This document shows positions 1-9,245 of a DNA stretch of 40,138 nt, one piece after another. Below the pieces are notes generated by a model. That model was given only the letters and a program-made list of their open reading frames with translations. It did not search any database and was not told the origin of the DNA. This DNA comes from Propionibacteriales bacterium (GTDB lineage Bacteria; Actinomycetota; Actinomycetes; Propionibacteriales; Nocardioidaceae), in the NCBI GenBank assembly GCA_009377795.1, contig WHTJ01000019.1:1-40138 (forward strand). Direction: 5' to 3'. A program made the translations under genes and the position numbers. Position 1 is the first letter of the stretch; every line of letters begins with the position of its first letter.

Positions 1-203
1 CTGCGGCAGTGGAAGGCCGCGTTCCTCGCCTACTTCACCACCAACCGTGCATCCAACGGGGGCACCGAGGCGATCAACGGCCTCATCGAACTCCACCGCC
101 GCATCGCCCGCAGCTTCCGCAACCGGGACAACTACCGACTACGCATGCTCCTCATCGGCGGCGGACTCAACGAGGTCATCCCCACCTGAAGTGCGAAGAG
201 CCG
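1..203 (+). mobile_element. 3' end of an ISL3-family insertion sequence (partial; continues upstream of window). The transposase C-terminus occupies 1..189 and is followed by the terminal inverted-repeat region.
   Basis: Frame +1 translates to ...FTTNRASNGGTEAINGLIELHRRIARSFRNRDNYRLRMLLIGGGL..* (TGA at 187-189), which matches the conserved ISL3 transposase C-terminal motif. Bases 190-203 (agtgcgaagagcc) are the reverse complement of the ISL3-type terminal repeat GGCTCTTCGCAC. Confidence 0.6.
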
Positions 204-321
204 GATATCCGAGCGCGAGCAGGGTCGGGAACGTGATGAGGGTCCCCGACCCGACGACGGTGTTGATGGTCCCGGCCGCCGTCCCGGCGAGGAGCACCAG
301 AACGGCGTCCAGCAGGCTCAC
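204..321 (-). pseudogene. TauE/SafE (DUF81) family membrane protein gene. Only the 5' fragment (about 40 codons) remains, truncated by the IS insertion.
   Basis: The minus-strand ORF MSLLDAVLVLLAGTAAGTINTVVGSGTLITFPTLLALGYP is a typical TauE/SafE N-terminal TM1-TM2 and then runs into IS sequence. Its start overlaps the SPFH stop (ATGA). Confidence 0.5.
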
Positions 322-1523
322 GGCGCGGGCGACTCCGGATCTGCGGGCGACTCGGGTGACTCGGGTGACTCGGCGGAATCGGATGCCGACGACGACTGGT
401 CAAGACCGAGGGTCGGCTTGGGCCGGTTGTTGCCGCCGCTGCGGCCCATGGCGGCTTGCCTGGCCTCCTCGATGGCCGCCTGGACCTCCTCCCGGGTCGC
501 ACCCACCGGCGAGGGACGTTCGCCTTCGTCCAGAGCCGCATCGTGGGCCGCTTCGGGTTCGAGGCTGACCCGCTCCCTGGGACCATCGGTGTGGTCGGGG
601 ATGCCCTGGATCGCGCCGATCGTGGAGCCGAGCCCCTCCAGCGCCTTGCCGATCTCGCTCGGGACGATCCACACCTTGTTCGCCTCGCCGTCGGCGATCT
701 TCGGCAGCATCTGGAGGTACTGGTAGGCCAGCAGCGACTGGTCGGGCGCGCCGTCGTGGATCGCCTGGAAGACGGTCTGGATCGCCCGGCCCTCACCCTG
801 GGCACGGAGGATCTGGGACTCGCGTTCGGCCTGGGCGCGGAGGATCTGGGACTCCCGGTCGCCCTCGGCTGAGAGGATCGCGGCCTGCTTCTGGCCCTCG
901 GCGGTGAGGATCGCCGACTGGCGGGCGCCCTCGGCGGTGAGGATGGCGGCCCGCTTGTCGCGGTCGGCGCGCATTTGCTTCTCCATCGAGTCCTTGATCG
1001 ACGGAGGCGGGTCGATGCCCTTCAGCTCCACCCGGTTGACTCGGATGCCCCACTTGCCGGTCGCGTCGTCGAGCACTCCACGCAGTGCCCGGTTGATCTC
1101 CTCGCGGCTGGTGAGGGTCTGCTCGAGGTCCATGCCGCCGATGATGTTCCGGAGCGTGGTCATGGTGAGCTGCTCGATGGCCTGGATGTAGTTCTGGATC
1201 TGGTACGTCGCGTCCACCGGGTTGGTCACCTGGAAGTAGATGACCGTGTCGATCGACACCACCAGGTTGTCCTCGGTGATCACCGGCTGCGGAGGGAACG
1301 ACACCACCTGCTCGCGGAGGTCGAGCATGTAACGCACGCGGTCGATGTACGGCGTGACGACGTTGAGCCCGGCCGGAAGCGTCGTCCGGTACTTTCCGAA
1401 CCGCTCGACGATGCCCGCACGCGCCTGCGGGATGATCCGCACCGCCTTGCCCAGCGTGACCACCACGAGCGCCGCCAGCAGGAGCAACGGCACCAGAACG
1501 CCCAGGCTGTCCACGGGACTCAC
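318..1523 (-). CDS. SPFH/band-7 (stomatin/prohibitin-like) domain protein with an acidic, low-complexity C-terminus
   Basis: 401 aa with an N-terminal TM anchor. The SPFH core includes ...ITEDNLVVSIDTVIYFQVTNPVDATYQI..., followed by a coiled-coil region with repeated AILTAEG/QILRAQ heptads. Confidence 0.85.
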   Translation of the reverse strand: MSPVDSLGVLVPLLLLAALVVVTLGKAVRIIPQARAGIVERFGKYRTTLPAGLNVVTPYIDRVRYMLDLREQVVSFPPQPVITEDNLVVSIDTVIYFQVTNPVDATYQIQNYIQAIEQLTMTTLRNIIGGMDLEQTLTSREEINRALRGVLDDATGKWGIRVNRVELKGIDPPPSIKDSMEKQMRADRDKRAAILTAEGARQSAILTAEGQKQAAILSAEGDRESQILRAQAERESQILRAQGEGRAIQTVFQAIHDGAPDQSLLAYQYLQMLPKIADGEANKVWIVPSEIGKALEGLGSTIGAIQGIPDHTDGPRERVSLEPEAAHDAALDEGERPSPVGATREEVQAAIEEARQAAMGRSGGNNRPKPTLGLDQSSSASDSAESPESPESPADPESPAP

Positions 1524-1595
1524 CTCTCCTTTCCATGGCCACTGGGGCCAGTGACGGTCGGGTTTGCCCCAGGTGTGGATACTTCCGAAACCACC

Positions 1596-1805
1596 CTAGT
1601 CATGAATCGCGCTCCCGGTGCAGTCCGAGTCCGCGGGTCGGCGACGGATGTCGTGAACCTCCGCCCGATTCATCCGGATCCCGCACTTCCGGGCCGCTTC
1701 GTCAACGACCCCACGGACCTGCCGAACGACACGTACCGCCTCGAATGCGGTGAGAATCACCAGCGGCGCCGACACCAGCACGGCCACCCGGGCCGGGCCG
1801 GTCAT
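1596..1805 (-). CDS. Small hypothetical membrane protein (69 aa) between nfeD and the SPFH gene
   Basis: Its ATG overlaps the nfeD stop as ATGA, which suggests translational coupling. GC3 is high and there is an N-terminal hydrophobic helix. No family recognised. Confidence 0.3.
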   Translation of the reverse strand: MTGPARVAVLVSAPLVILTAFEAVRVVRQVRGVVDEAARKCGIRMNRAEVHDIRRRPADSDCTGSAIHD

Positions 1806-2269
1806 GTGGCGAGTGGGTCTGCGTCGGCCGGGAACACGAGCGCGGTCGCTCCGTCGATCTCGAGCACGTCGACGGTGGCGCCGACCAAGATCCGGTGGTC
1901 ACCGCCGAACGGCCGCGCGGTCCAGATCTCCCCCGCGAGCTTGACCTGACCGCCGTGCGGGGTGATCTCCTCGGTGACCACCGCCTGCCGGCCGACCAGG
2001 GCCTGATGCCCGGTGGTGAGCTCGACGCCGCCGTGCATCCGGCGTACGACGGACGGCCGCACGAACATCAGGGTTCCCAGCGCCACCGCCACCGCGGCCA
2101 GGATCTGCAGCGGCACGGATGCACCGAGAGTGTCCGCCACCGCTCCCCCGGCGGCTCCGAATGCGAGCATCAGGAGTACGAAATCCATACTGAGCAATTC
2201 GGCGACCGCTAAAAGAACCGCGATCGCCAGCCACACTGCCCAAGGGTTGTCCCCGAACCAGTCCCACAT
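1802..2269 (-). CDS. NfeD family membrane protein, the partner of the SPFH protein
   Basis: 155 aa with two N-terminal TM helices and a C-terminal OB-fold-like beta domain (GHQALVGRQAVVTEEITPHGGQVKLAGEIWTA). It has the canonical NfeD-SPFH gene order. Confidence 0.75.
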   Translation of the reverse strand: MWDWFGDNPWAVWLAIAVLLAVAELLSMDFVLLMLAFGAAGGAVADTLGASVPLQILAAVAVALGTLMFVRPSVVRRMHGGVELTTGHQALVGRQAVVTEEITPHGGQVKLAGEIWTARPFGGDHRILVGATVDVLEIDGATALVFPADADPLAT

Positions 2270-2278
2270 GTTCCGAGC

Positions 2279-3082
2279 TTATCCGCTGCGGTGCGCGGGC
2301 ACACGCCTCCTTGCATGCCACCGACCGTCAGTATGATCGAGGACGAGGTTCATCCCGAAGGTGTACGACAGGGCGTCGGCGGTCAGGGTCGTCTCCAGCG
2401 GGCCGGCGGCCACCAGCCGCCCGCCGCGCAGGAGCAGTACGTGGGTGAACCCTGGCGGGATCTCCTCGACGTGGTGCGACACCAGCACCGTCGTCGGGGC
2501 GAACTCGTCGATCGCGAGCAGGGACAGCGTGGCCACCAGGTCCTCACGTCCGGCCAGGTCGAGTCCGGCGGCCGGCTCGTCCATCAGGAGGAGCTCCGGG
2601 TCGGCCATCAGGGCGCGGGCGATCTGTACCCGTTTGCGCTCGCCCTCGCTCAAGGTGCCGAACGTGCGCTGGGACAGGCGGCCGACACCGAGCTCGGCCA
2701 GCAACTGCTGTGCACGCTCGTGGTCCAGCCCGTCGTAGCGCTCCCGCCATCGGCCGACGATCGCGTACGCCGCCGAGACCACGACGTCTCGCACCAGCTC
2801 GGCGTTCGGGATCTGATTGGCCAGGGCGGCGCTCGTCAGCCCGATCCGGGGGCGGAGCTCGAACACGTCGCACGTGCCGAGGACCTCGTTGAGCACCCCG
2901 GCGGTTCCGCTGGTCGGATGCATGTGGGCGGAGACGATCTGGAGCAGCGTGGTCTTGCCCGCTCCGTTGGGTCCGAGGATGACCCATCGCTCGTCGTCCT
3001 CGACCGTCCAGGTGATGCCGTCGAGCAGCGCTTGGCCCCCACGTACGACGGACACGTCGGCGAGCTCGATAACGCCGGTCAA
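2279..3082 (-). CDS. ABC transporter ATP-binding protein
   Basis: Walker A GPNGAGKTT, ABC signature LSEGERKRVQIARAL, and Walker B LLLMDEP. Confidence 0.85.
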   Translation of the reverse strand: MTGVIELADVSVVRGGQALLDGITWTVEDDERWVILGPNGAGKTTLLQIVSAHMHPTSGTAGVLNEVLGTCDVFELRPRIGLTSAALANQIPNAELVRDVVVSAAYAIVGRWRERYDGLDHERAQQLLAELGVGRLSQRTFGTLSEGERKRVQIARALMADPELLLMDEPAAGLDLAGREDLVATLSLLAIDEFAPTTVLVSHHVEEIPPGFTHVLLLRGGRLVAAGPLETTLTADALSYTFGMNLVLDHTDGRWHARRRVPAHRSG

Positions 3083-3197
3083 CGATTCTCCCGGATCGAC
3101 GTAGCGATGGAACCTTCAGCCGTACAACCTACGGTATGAGCCCTATCGACCGGCAGGGCCGTCGGGTTTCCGGCGCCGCACTCGATAACGTGGCCGC

Positions 3198-4409
3198 GTG
3201 CAACAAGCCCCCGCAACCCTTCTGGTCACCCTCGTCGGCAAGGACCGCCCGGGCGTGACCTCGGCGGTTTTCTCCGCGCTCGGCCCGTACGGCGTCGAGG
3301 TGCTGGACATCGAGCAGGTCGTGCTGCGGGGCCGGCTCGTGCTCGGCGTACTCGTGACCGCACCGCGCGACGACTCGGGTCTGCGTCGATCCGTCGTGCA
3401 GGTCGCCGCCGACCTCCAGATGGACGTCGACGTGGAGCGGGGCACCGGAGACAACAAGCCGCGCCGCGAGGGCCGGAGCCATGTCACCGTGCTCGGACGG
3501 CCGCTGCGGCCGTCGGCGGTCTCGGCGGTCGCGGGCCGGATCGCCGACATCGGGGCGAACATCGACCGGATCGTCCGGATGGCGCGCTATCCGGTGACCG
3601 CCATGGAGCTGGACGTGTCCGGCGCGCCCACCGACCGGCTGCGGACCCTGCTCGCCGGGGAGTCCGCGCGGCAGCGGGTCGACATCGCGGTGCAGCCCGC
3701 GGGGTTGCTGCGGCACGGCCGGAAGCTGATCGTGATGGACGTCGACTCGACGCTGGTGCAGGGCGAGGTCATCGAGATGCTCGCGGAGCACGCCGGAACC
3801 GCGTCCGAGGTGGCCGCGGTCACCGAGCAGGCGATGCGCGGCGAGATCGACTTCGCGGAGTCGTTGCGTTCCCGGGTGGCAACGCTGGCGGGCCTGGACG
3901 CCTCCACATTGGACCGGGTCTACGAGCAGATCACCCTCGCGCCCGGAGCGCGCACCCTGGTACGGACCCTCAGGCGGCTCGGATATCAGTTCGCCATCGT
4001 CAGCGGCGGGTTCAGCCAGATCACCGACCGGATCGCAGGCGATCTGGGGATCGACTACGCCACCGCGAACTGTCTGGAGGTGGCCGAGGGCAAGCTCACC
4101 GGCCGGGTCGTCGGACCGATGATCGATAGGGTCGGGAAGGCGGACGCGCTGCGGCGGTTCGCGGAACGGGCCGGCGTGTCCAGAACGCACACCGTGGCCA
4201 TCGGCGACGGGGCCAACGATCTCGACATGCTCGCGGCGGCCGGGCTCGGTGTCGCGTTCAACGCCAAGCCGCTGGTCCGCGACGCCGCCGACACCTCGGT
4301 CAGCGTGCCCTATCTCGACACCATCGCCTATCTGCTCGGCATCTCGCGGGAGGAGATCGAGGCCGCCGACGCCGAGGACGGCATCGTCACCCCGGCTCCC
4401 CCGGTCTGA
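3198..4409 (+). CDS. serB: Phosphoserine phosphatase SerB with N-terminal tandem ACT domains
   Basis: HAD motifs are present: DVDST(L) (motif I), SGG (motif II), and K...GDGANDL (motifs III/IV). The N-terminal ACT-like region resembles that of mycobacterial SerB2. Confidence 0.85.
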   Translation: MQQAPATLLVTLVGKDRPGVTSAVFSALGPYGVEVLDIEQVVLRGRLVLGVLVTAPRDDSGLRRSVVQVAADLQMDVDVERGTGDNKPRREGRSHVTVLGRPLRPSAVSAVAGRIADIGANIDRIVRMARYPVTAMELDVSGAPTDRLRTLLAGESARQRVDIAVQPAGLLRHGRKLIVMDVDSTLVQGEVIEMLAEHAGTASEVAAVTEQAMRGEIDFAESLRSRVATLAGLDASTLDRVYEQITLAPGARTLVRTLRRLGYQFAIVSGGFSQITDRIAGDLGIDYATANCLEVAEGKLTGRVVGPMIDRVGKADALRRFAERAGVSRTHTVAIGDGANDLDMLAAAGLGVAFNAKPLVRDAADTSVSVPYLDTIAYLLGISREEIEAADAEDGIVTPAPPV

Positions 4410-4464
4410 GCCCGGTCCCCGAGCGAAGGTCTCGCGGCGAGATTTGCACATCTGGCCGGACGGG

Positions 4465-4989
4465 TCAGCCGCGGGGCACGTCGAAATGGGTGAGCCGCAA
4501 CGCCCCGGGACCGACCTCGGACCAGCCCTTGGGAACGTCGTAGGTCGCGAACGCCGACGTGGGACAGGCGGCATGCATGGCGTCGCGCGCGTCGCGCGCG
4601 GCCTGGTCGGCGCTGCCGTCGTCCAGTACCTGGCAGAGGGACTCGATCGTCGGGTTGTGTCCGACGACCAGCAGCGTGCGCACGTCGTCGGCAACCCCGC
4701 GGACGAGCTCGAGCAGCTCCCGGCTCCCGCCGGAGTACACCGCCCCCTCGAACCGCGCGGCCGGCGTCTCCCCCAACCCCGAGCACAGGTGCTCGAAGGT
4801 GTCCCGCACGCGTTGCGCCGTCGACAGCAGGGCGAGATCGATCGCCTCGTTCCGCTCACCCATCAGCTGTCCGGTGGACTCCGCGTCGCGCCGTCCACGC
4901 GCCGAGAGCGGGCGGGCGTGGTCGGTCTCCGCTTCTCCCTTCGCCTTGGAATGCCGCATCACCAGCAACCGTCGTGAACTACCAGTCAT
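4465..4989 (-). CDS. Histidine phosphatase superfamily protein (SixA-like)
   Basis: The N-terminal RHS/RHG motif (LLVMRHSKA) and the downstream catalytic His (VVGHNP) are characteristic of phosphoglycerate-mutase-family phosphatases. Confidence 0.7.
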   Translation of the reverse strand: MTGSSRRLLVMRHSKAKGEAETDHARPLSARGRRDAESTGQLMGERNEAIDLALLSTAQRVRDTFEHLCSGLGETPAARFEGAVYSGGSRELLELVRGVADDVRTLLVVGHNPTIESLCQVLDDGSADQAARDARDAMHAACPTSAFATYDVPKGWSEVGPGALRLTHFDVPRG

Positions 4990-4995
4990 GACACC

Positions 4996-5544
4996 TCACT
5001 CACTGGGCGGTATCTGCTTGAAGTTGAGCACGTGTTCGCCGTCGGTCTGCACCAGCCAGGCCGCGGGCTCGAAGCCCTCGGCGGTCCCGGCGCGTCCCGG
5101 AGTGGGCGCGTAGGCAACCGTGATCCGGCCGGTCTCGGCCGCCTCGGCGTTGGCGCTCTCCGGCGACGTCGAGCGCGGCAGGGAACGCGCGATCGTGTCC
5201 AGGTCGTCGGTTGCGCCGAAGTCGCAGTCCGGGGCGCAGCGGTACGGCGCCCAGCCGGGCGGTACGGCGACCAGTACGAAGTACGAGCCGCCCGGGATGC
5301 CTTCGGCGGCGCGCCACGAGACGTCGACGACCAGCAGGTGTTCGGGATCCGGTTCCAGCTCCTCCGGCCCGGGTTCTTCCCGCCACTCGTCGGGAAGCTC
5401 GGGGTCGTCGCGATCGGTGAAGCCGATGGACGAGGTCACCACCGCGTACTCCACTTCCGCCGATCGGTCCTGCATCCAGATGTAGGCGGTTGCGCCGAGG
5501 ACGAGGGTCACGATGACGGCCGCCGTTGCCGCACCCGATCGCAT
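4996..5544 (-). CDS. Hypothetical membrane-anchored or secreted protein
   Basis: 182 aa with an N-terminal hydrophobic segment (AAVIVTLVLGATAYIW) and an acidic body. No family recognised. Confidence 0.45.
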   Translation of the reverse strand: MRSGAATAAVIVTLVLGATAYIWMQDRSAEVEYAVVTSSIGFTDRDDPELPDEWREEPGPEELEPDPEHLLVVDVSWRAAEGIPGGSYFVLVAVPPGWAPYRCAPDCDFGATDDLDTIARSLPRSTSPESANAEAAETGRITVAYAPTPGRAGTAEGFEPAAWLVQTDGEHVLNFKQIPPSE

Positions 5545-5614
5545 GGTCCTCCCTTACACGAGCCCGCCAATCATTTCACGACGGGAAGGGAGTCCGAGTC
5601 GCGCGCGACCGCAC

Positions 5615-6385
5615 TCAGGCGCCCATGGCGTGGTAACCGCCGTCGACGTGGACGATCTCTCCGGTGGTGGCCGGGAAATAGTCGCTCAGCAACGCCACCA
5701 CGGCTCGGGCGGTCGGCTCCTGGTCGGTCTGGTCCCAGCCGAGCGGTGATCTGTCGCTCCACATGGACTCGAGCGACTCGAAGCCCGAAATCGCCTTGGC
5801 GGCCAGGGTTTTCAAGGGTCCGGCGGATACCAGGTTCACCCGGATTCCTTGCGGGCCGAGGTCCCGGGCCAGGTAGCGGGCGCACGACTCCAGGCCGGCC
5901 TTGGCGACGCCCATCCAGTCGTACGCCGGCCACGCCACCGTGGCGTCGAACGTCATGCCGACGATCGCCCCGCCGGACGACATCATCGGCAGGCATGCGG
6001 TGGTGAGCGACTTCAGGGAGTACGCCGACACGTGCACCGCATGGCCGACGTCGTCCCACGGTGCGGTCAGGAACCGCCCACCCAGGATGGTGTCGGGGTT
6101 GCCGAACGCGATGGAGTGGAAGACGCCGTCCAGCCCGTCGACGTGCTCGCGGAGGCGGGACTCGAGAGTCGCGAGATGCTCCTCGTCGGTGACGTCCAGC
6201 TCGAGGACCGGCGGCTCGGCGGGCAGCCGGCCCGCGATCCGCCGGGTGATGCCGAGGGCGCGGCCGAAGTTCGAGATCACGACCGTGGCGCCCTCCTGCT
6301 GGGCGACCCGCGCGACCGCGAACCCGATCGAGGTGTCATGCGTCACACCCGTTACCAGGAGTCGTCTGCCGTCCAGAATTCCCAT
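5615..6385 (-). CDS. inhA: NADH-dependent enoyl-ACP reductase (FabI/InhA family)
   Basis: 256 aa, of the short-chain dehydrogenase/reductase (SDR) family. The glycine-rich segment lacks a TGxxxG motif (LLVTGVTHDTSIGFAVA), and Y...K and other InhA-like motifs are present. It lies immediately downstream of fabG, as in the mycobacterial fabG1-inhA operon. Confidence 0.8.
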   Translation of the reverse strand: MGILDGRRLLVTGVTHDTSIGFAVARVAQQEGATVVISNFGRALGITRRIAGRLPAEPPVLELDVTDEEHLATLESRLREHVDGLDGVFHSIAFGNPDTILGGRFLTAPWDDVGHAVHVSAYSLKSLTTACLPMMSSGGAIVGMTFDATVAWPAYDWMGVAKAGLESCARYLARDLGPQGIRVNLVSAGPLKTLAAKAISGFESLESMWSDRSPLGWDQTDQEPTARAVVALLSDYFPATTGEIVHVDGGYHAMGA

Positions 6386-6417
6386 CTACGTGGTCCCTTC
6401 CGTCACTCGTTCCCGGG

Positions 6418-7152
6418 TCAGTGGCCCATTCCCAGACCGCCGTCGACCGGGAGCACGGCGCCGGTGATGTAACCGGCGTCCGCACCCGACACCCAGTGGA
6501 CGACGCGCGCGATCTCCTCGGTCGTGGCGTAGCGCTGCAGCGGGATGGCCCGGAGGTACTCCTTGCGCTTCGCCTCCGGCAGATCCGCGGTCAGGCCGGT
6601 TTCGACGAACCCGGGAGCGACCACGTTGGCCGTGATGGCCCGGCTGCCCAGCTCGCGGGCCATCGACCGTGCCATGCCGACCAGGCCGGACTTGCTCGCG
6701 GCGTAGTTCACCTGTCCCGCGGATCCGAGCAGGCCGACCACCGACGAGACGAAGACGATCCGGCCGTGCCGCAGCCGCAGCATCCCGCGGGCCGCCCGCT
6801 TCGCGACCCGAAAGGAGCCGGTGAGGTTGGTCTGGATTACGCTCTGCCAGTCGTCCTCGGACATCCGCAGCAGCAACGTGTCGCGGGTGATCCCGGCGTT
6901 CGCGACCAGCACCTCGACCGGCCCGTGCTCGGACTCGACGGTGTCGAACGCGGCGTTGACGGCGTCGGGGTCGGTGACGTCGCACCGTACGGCGAGGAAG
7001 CCGGTGGGTGGATCGCCGCTGCGATACGTGATGGCAACCCGGTCCCCGGAGTCGGCGAATGCATGTGCGATCGCGAGGCCGATCCCGCGATTGCCCCCGG
7101 TCACCAGCACCGAGCGAGGTCGGGTCTGTGGAGTCGCGTCCGTCACGGTCAC
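6418..7152 (-). CDS. fabG: 3-oxoacyl-ACP reductase (FabG/MabA-like)
   Basis: Classical SDR: TGGNRGIG cofactor motif, NAG, and YAASK catalytic motif. It is paired with the inhA-like gene downstream. Confidence 0.85.
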   Translation of the reverse strand: MTVTDATPQTRPRSVLVTGGNRGIGLAIAHAFADSGDRVAITYRSGDPPTGFLAVRCDVTDPDAVNAAFDTVESEHGPVEVLVANAGITRDTLLLRMSEDDWQSVIQTNLTGSFRVAKRAARGMLRLRHGRIVFVSSVVGLLGSAGQVNYAASKSGLVGMARSMARELGSRAITANVVAPGFVETGLTADLPEAKRKEYLRAIPLQRYATTEEIARVVHWVSGADAGYITGAVLPVDGGLGMGH

Positions 7153-7198
7153 GGACGCTACCGGCTACCAGCCGGTACGCCGAAACCGCCCGGGACCG

Positions 7199-7414
7199 TC
7201 ACTCGGAGTCTTCCAGCCGGAAGCCCACCTTCATCGTGACCTGGAAGTGGTCGACGGTGTCGTCGACGAGATGCCCCCGAACGCCCACCACCTCGAACCA
7301 GTCCAGATGCCGCACGGTCCGCGCGGCCCGCGAGATGCCGTTCCTGATCGCGGCGTCGACGCCGTCGGGGGACGTGCCGACGATCTCCGTCACTCGATAT
7401 GTACGACTCGTCAT
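7199..7414 (-). CDS. Dodecin family protein (71 aa)
   Basis: MTSRTYRVTEIVGTSPDGVDAAIRNGISRAARTVRHLDWFEVVGVRGHLVDDTVDHFQVTMKVGFRLEDSE matches the dodecin fold consensus. The ATG was confirmed at 7414..7412. Confidence 0.8.
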   Translation of the reverse strand: MTSRTYRVTEIVGTSPDGVDAAIRNGISRAARTVRHLDWFEVVGVRGHLVDDTVDHFQVTMKVGFRLEDSE

Positions 7415-7516
7415 GCGTGCTCCGTTCACCGGATACGTGTCCCCCTCATCATGGCGTGCTCCGGCGTCGAACGCGCGGCCGGTACGGCGTACGGTGGAAC
7501 CGTAGGAGGCGGGGAC

Positions 7517-7837
7517 ATGATCGACTGGGCACGTCGTTCGCACAACGATGCGGTTCGGATCACGTCCGCACACCGCAGTCGCACCGCGGACGTGAAGGTC
7601 CGGCAGAAGCGCTATCTCATCTCGATGGGCATCCGCACGGTCTGCTTCCTGCTGGCGGTGGTGGTGTCCAATGTGCCGCTCCGGGTGAGCTTCCTGATCG
7701 CGGCGTTCGTGCTGCCCCCGGTGGCCGTCATCGTCGCGAACGCCGGCTCGGACCGGGATACCGGAGGCCCGGAACACCCGATCGACTCGTCGCGCCCAAT
7801 GCTTGAGACGCGGCGTTCCCCTGATGACGACTCGTGA
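7517..7837 (+). CDS. DUF3099 family small membrane protein
   Basis: MIDWARRSHNDAVRITSA...KRYLISMGIRTVCFLLAVVVSNVP...FVLPPVAVIVANAG is the typical DUF3099 two-TM signature. Confidence 0.65.
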   Translation: MIDWARRSHNDAVRITSAHRSRTADVKVRQKRYLISMGIRTVCFLLAVVVSNVPLRVSFLIAAFVLPPVAVIVANAGSDRDTGGPEHPIDSSRPMLETRRSPDDDS

Positions 7838-7900
7838 TGTTACGCTTACATGGCGTGCACAACTGGCGCCTCGAACTCCCCCCGACGAGGCGCCGCCTGC

Positions 7901-7950
7901 GAAGCCGAACAGCTCTCCCCCCGTGGCTGTTCGGCTTTCGCTTTCTATAC
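7901..7950 (+). terminator. Putative intrinsic terminator downstream of the DUF3099 gene
   Basis: Stem gaagccgaacagc / gctgttcggcttt (12 to 13 bp) with a C-rich loop, followed by the T-rich cgctttct. A second GC hairpin (ggcgcctcg...cgaggcgcc) lies just upstream at 7865-7894. Confidence 0.35.
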
Positions 7951-7962
7951 CGTTGACGCGCC

Positions 7963-8163
7963 ATGAGTGACGCATCCGAGTTGACCTGCTCCGCGAAGGG
8001 CTGCCAGCGGGCCGCGCGATGGCAGCTGCTGTGGAACAACCCGAAGATCCACACGCCCGACCGCCGCAAGACGTGGTTGGCGTGTGACGAGCACCGGGAG
8101 TACCTCAGCAAGTTTCTGGACGCTCGCGGATTTCTCAAGGACACCGAGGAGATCTCGGTGTGA
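7963..8163 (+). CDS. Small conserved hypothetical protein with a CxxxxC...C...H zinc-ribbon-like arrangement
   Basis: A 66-aa ATG ORF with good GC3. It has Cys9, Cys14, Cys41 and His45. Confidence 0.4.
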   Translation: MSDASELTCSAKGCQRAARWQLLWNNPKIHTPDRRKTWLACDEHREYLSKFLDARGFLKDTEEISV

Positions 8164-8181
8164 TCGACCGAGGCCTCAGGC

Positions 8182-9201
8182 TCAGCCGCCGATGGCGGAC
8201 ATGGGCCGGGTCGGCTGCAGGAACTTCGGGTTGTCGATCCCGTGCCCGGGACGCTTCGAGGCGACCGCGGCCCGCCACCGGGCGGCGATCTCGGCATCGT
8301 CGGCTCCGTCGCGTAGCGGGGTGCGCAGGTCGGACTCCTCGCGGGCGAACAGGCAGTTGCGTACCTGCCCGTCCGCGGTGAGCCGTACCCGGTCACAGTC
8401 GCCGCAGAACGGCCGGGTCACCGAGGCGATGACGCCGACCGTCGCCGGCCCTCCGTCGACCAGGAACCGCTCTGCCGGCGCGCTCCCCCGGTCCTCGTCC
8501 GCTGGCGTAAGGACGAACTCCCCCTCGAGATGCCCGAAGATCTCGTCTGCGGTGACCATGGTGTCGCGCCGCCAGTGGTGCTGGGCGTCCAGCGGCATCT
8601 GCTCGATGAATCGCAGCTCGTAGTCATGGTCGATTGCCCACCGCAGCAGCTCGGCGGCCTGGCCGTCGTTGACCCCGCGGAGCAGCACTGCGTTGATCTT
8701 GACCGGGGTCAGGCCGTGCTCCTTCGCCGCCTCCAGCCCGCGGAGTACGTCACCCAGCCGGTCGCGGAGCGTGATCTGGGCGAACGTCTCCGGCCGAATC
8801 GTGTCGAGGCTGGCGTTGACCCGGTCGAGCCCGGCCTCGCGCAGAGCACCGGCCGTGCGGTGCAGCCCGAGGGCGTTCGTCGTGAGTGCGGTCTTCGGGC
8901 GGGGCTCCAGGGCGGTGGTACGCCGGACGATGTCGACCAGTCCGCGGCGTACCAGTGGCTCACCCCCGGTGAACCGCACCTCGGTCACGCCCAGGTGCTG
9001 GACCGCGATCGCGATCAGCCGGCACACCTCGTCGTCGGTGAGCACCTCGTCGGTCGGCATCCACTCCAGGCCCTCGGGGGGCATGCAGTACTCGCAGCGC
9101 AGGTTGCACCGGTCCGTCAACGAGACCCGCAGGTCGGTGGCCACCCGGTCGAACCGGTCGACGAGGCCGCCACCCTGGGTGTGCGGCGAGATATCCATCA
9201 C
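8182..9201 (-). CDS. moaA: GTP 3',8-cyclase MoaA (radical SAM enzyme, molybdenum cofactor biosynthesis)
   Basis: It has the CNLRCEYCMP radical-SAM cluster and the C-terminal CGDCDRVRLTADGQVRNCLF auxiliary cluster motif. Confidence 0.9.
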   Translation of the reverse strand: MMDISPHTQGGGLVDRFDRVATDLRVSLTDRCNLRCEYCMPPEGLEWMPTDEVLTDDEVCRLIAIAVQHLGVTEVRFTGGEPLVRRGLVDIVRRTTALEPRPKTALTTNALGLHRTAGALREAGLDRVNASLDTIRPETFAQITLRDRLGDVLRGLEAAKEHGLTPVKINAVLLRGVNDGQAAELLRWAIDHDYELRFIEQMPLDAQHHWRRDTMVTADEIFGHLEGEFVLTPADEDRGSAPAERFLVDGGPATVGVIASVTRPFCGDCDRVRLTADGQVRNCLFAREESDLRTPLRDGADDAEIAARWRAAVASKRPGHGIDNPKFLQPTRPMSAIGG

Positions 9202-9245
9202 CCCCAGACTACGGCCCTCCGGTTTCGCGGGCTAGCGTCACTGTC

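Noticed and set aside
3129-4859. 576-aa minus-strand ORF antisense to serB
   Set aside because: It is an Arg/Pro/Gly/Ser-rich low-complexity translation typical of a high-GC shadow frame. The opposite strand encodes a clear SerB with HAD motifs.
9202-9245. Possible Moco riboswitch upstream of moaA
   Set aside because: Only 44 nt separate moaA from the divergent SURF1 gene. That is too short for a ~140-nt Moco aptamer, and no conserved riboswitch motif was seen.
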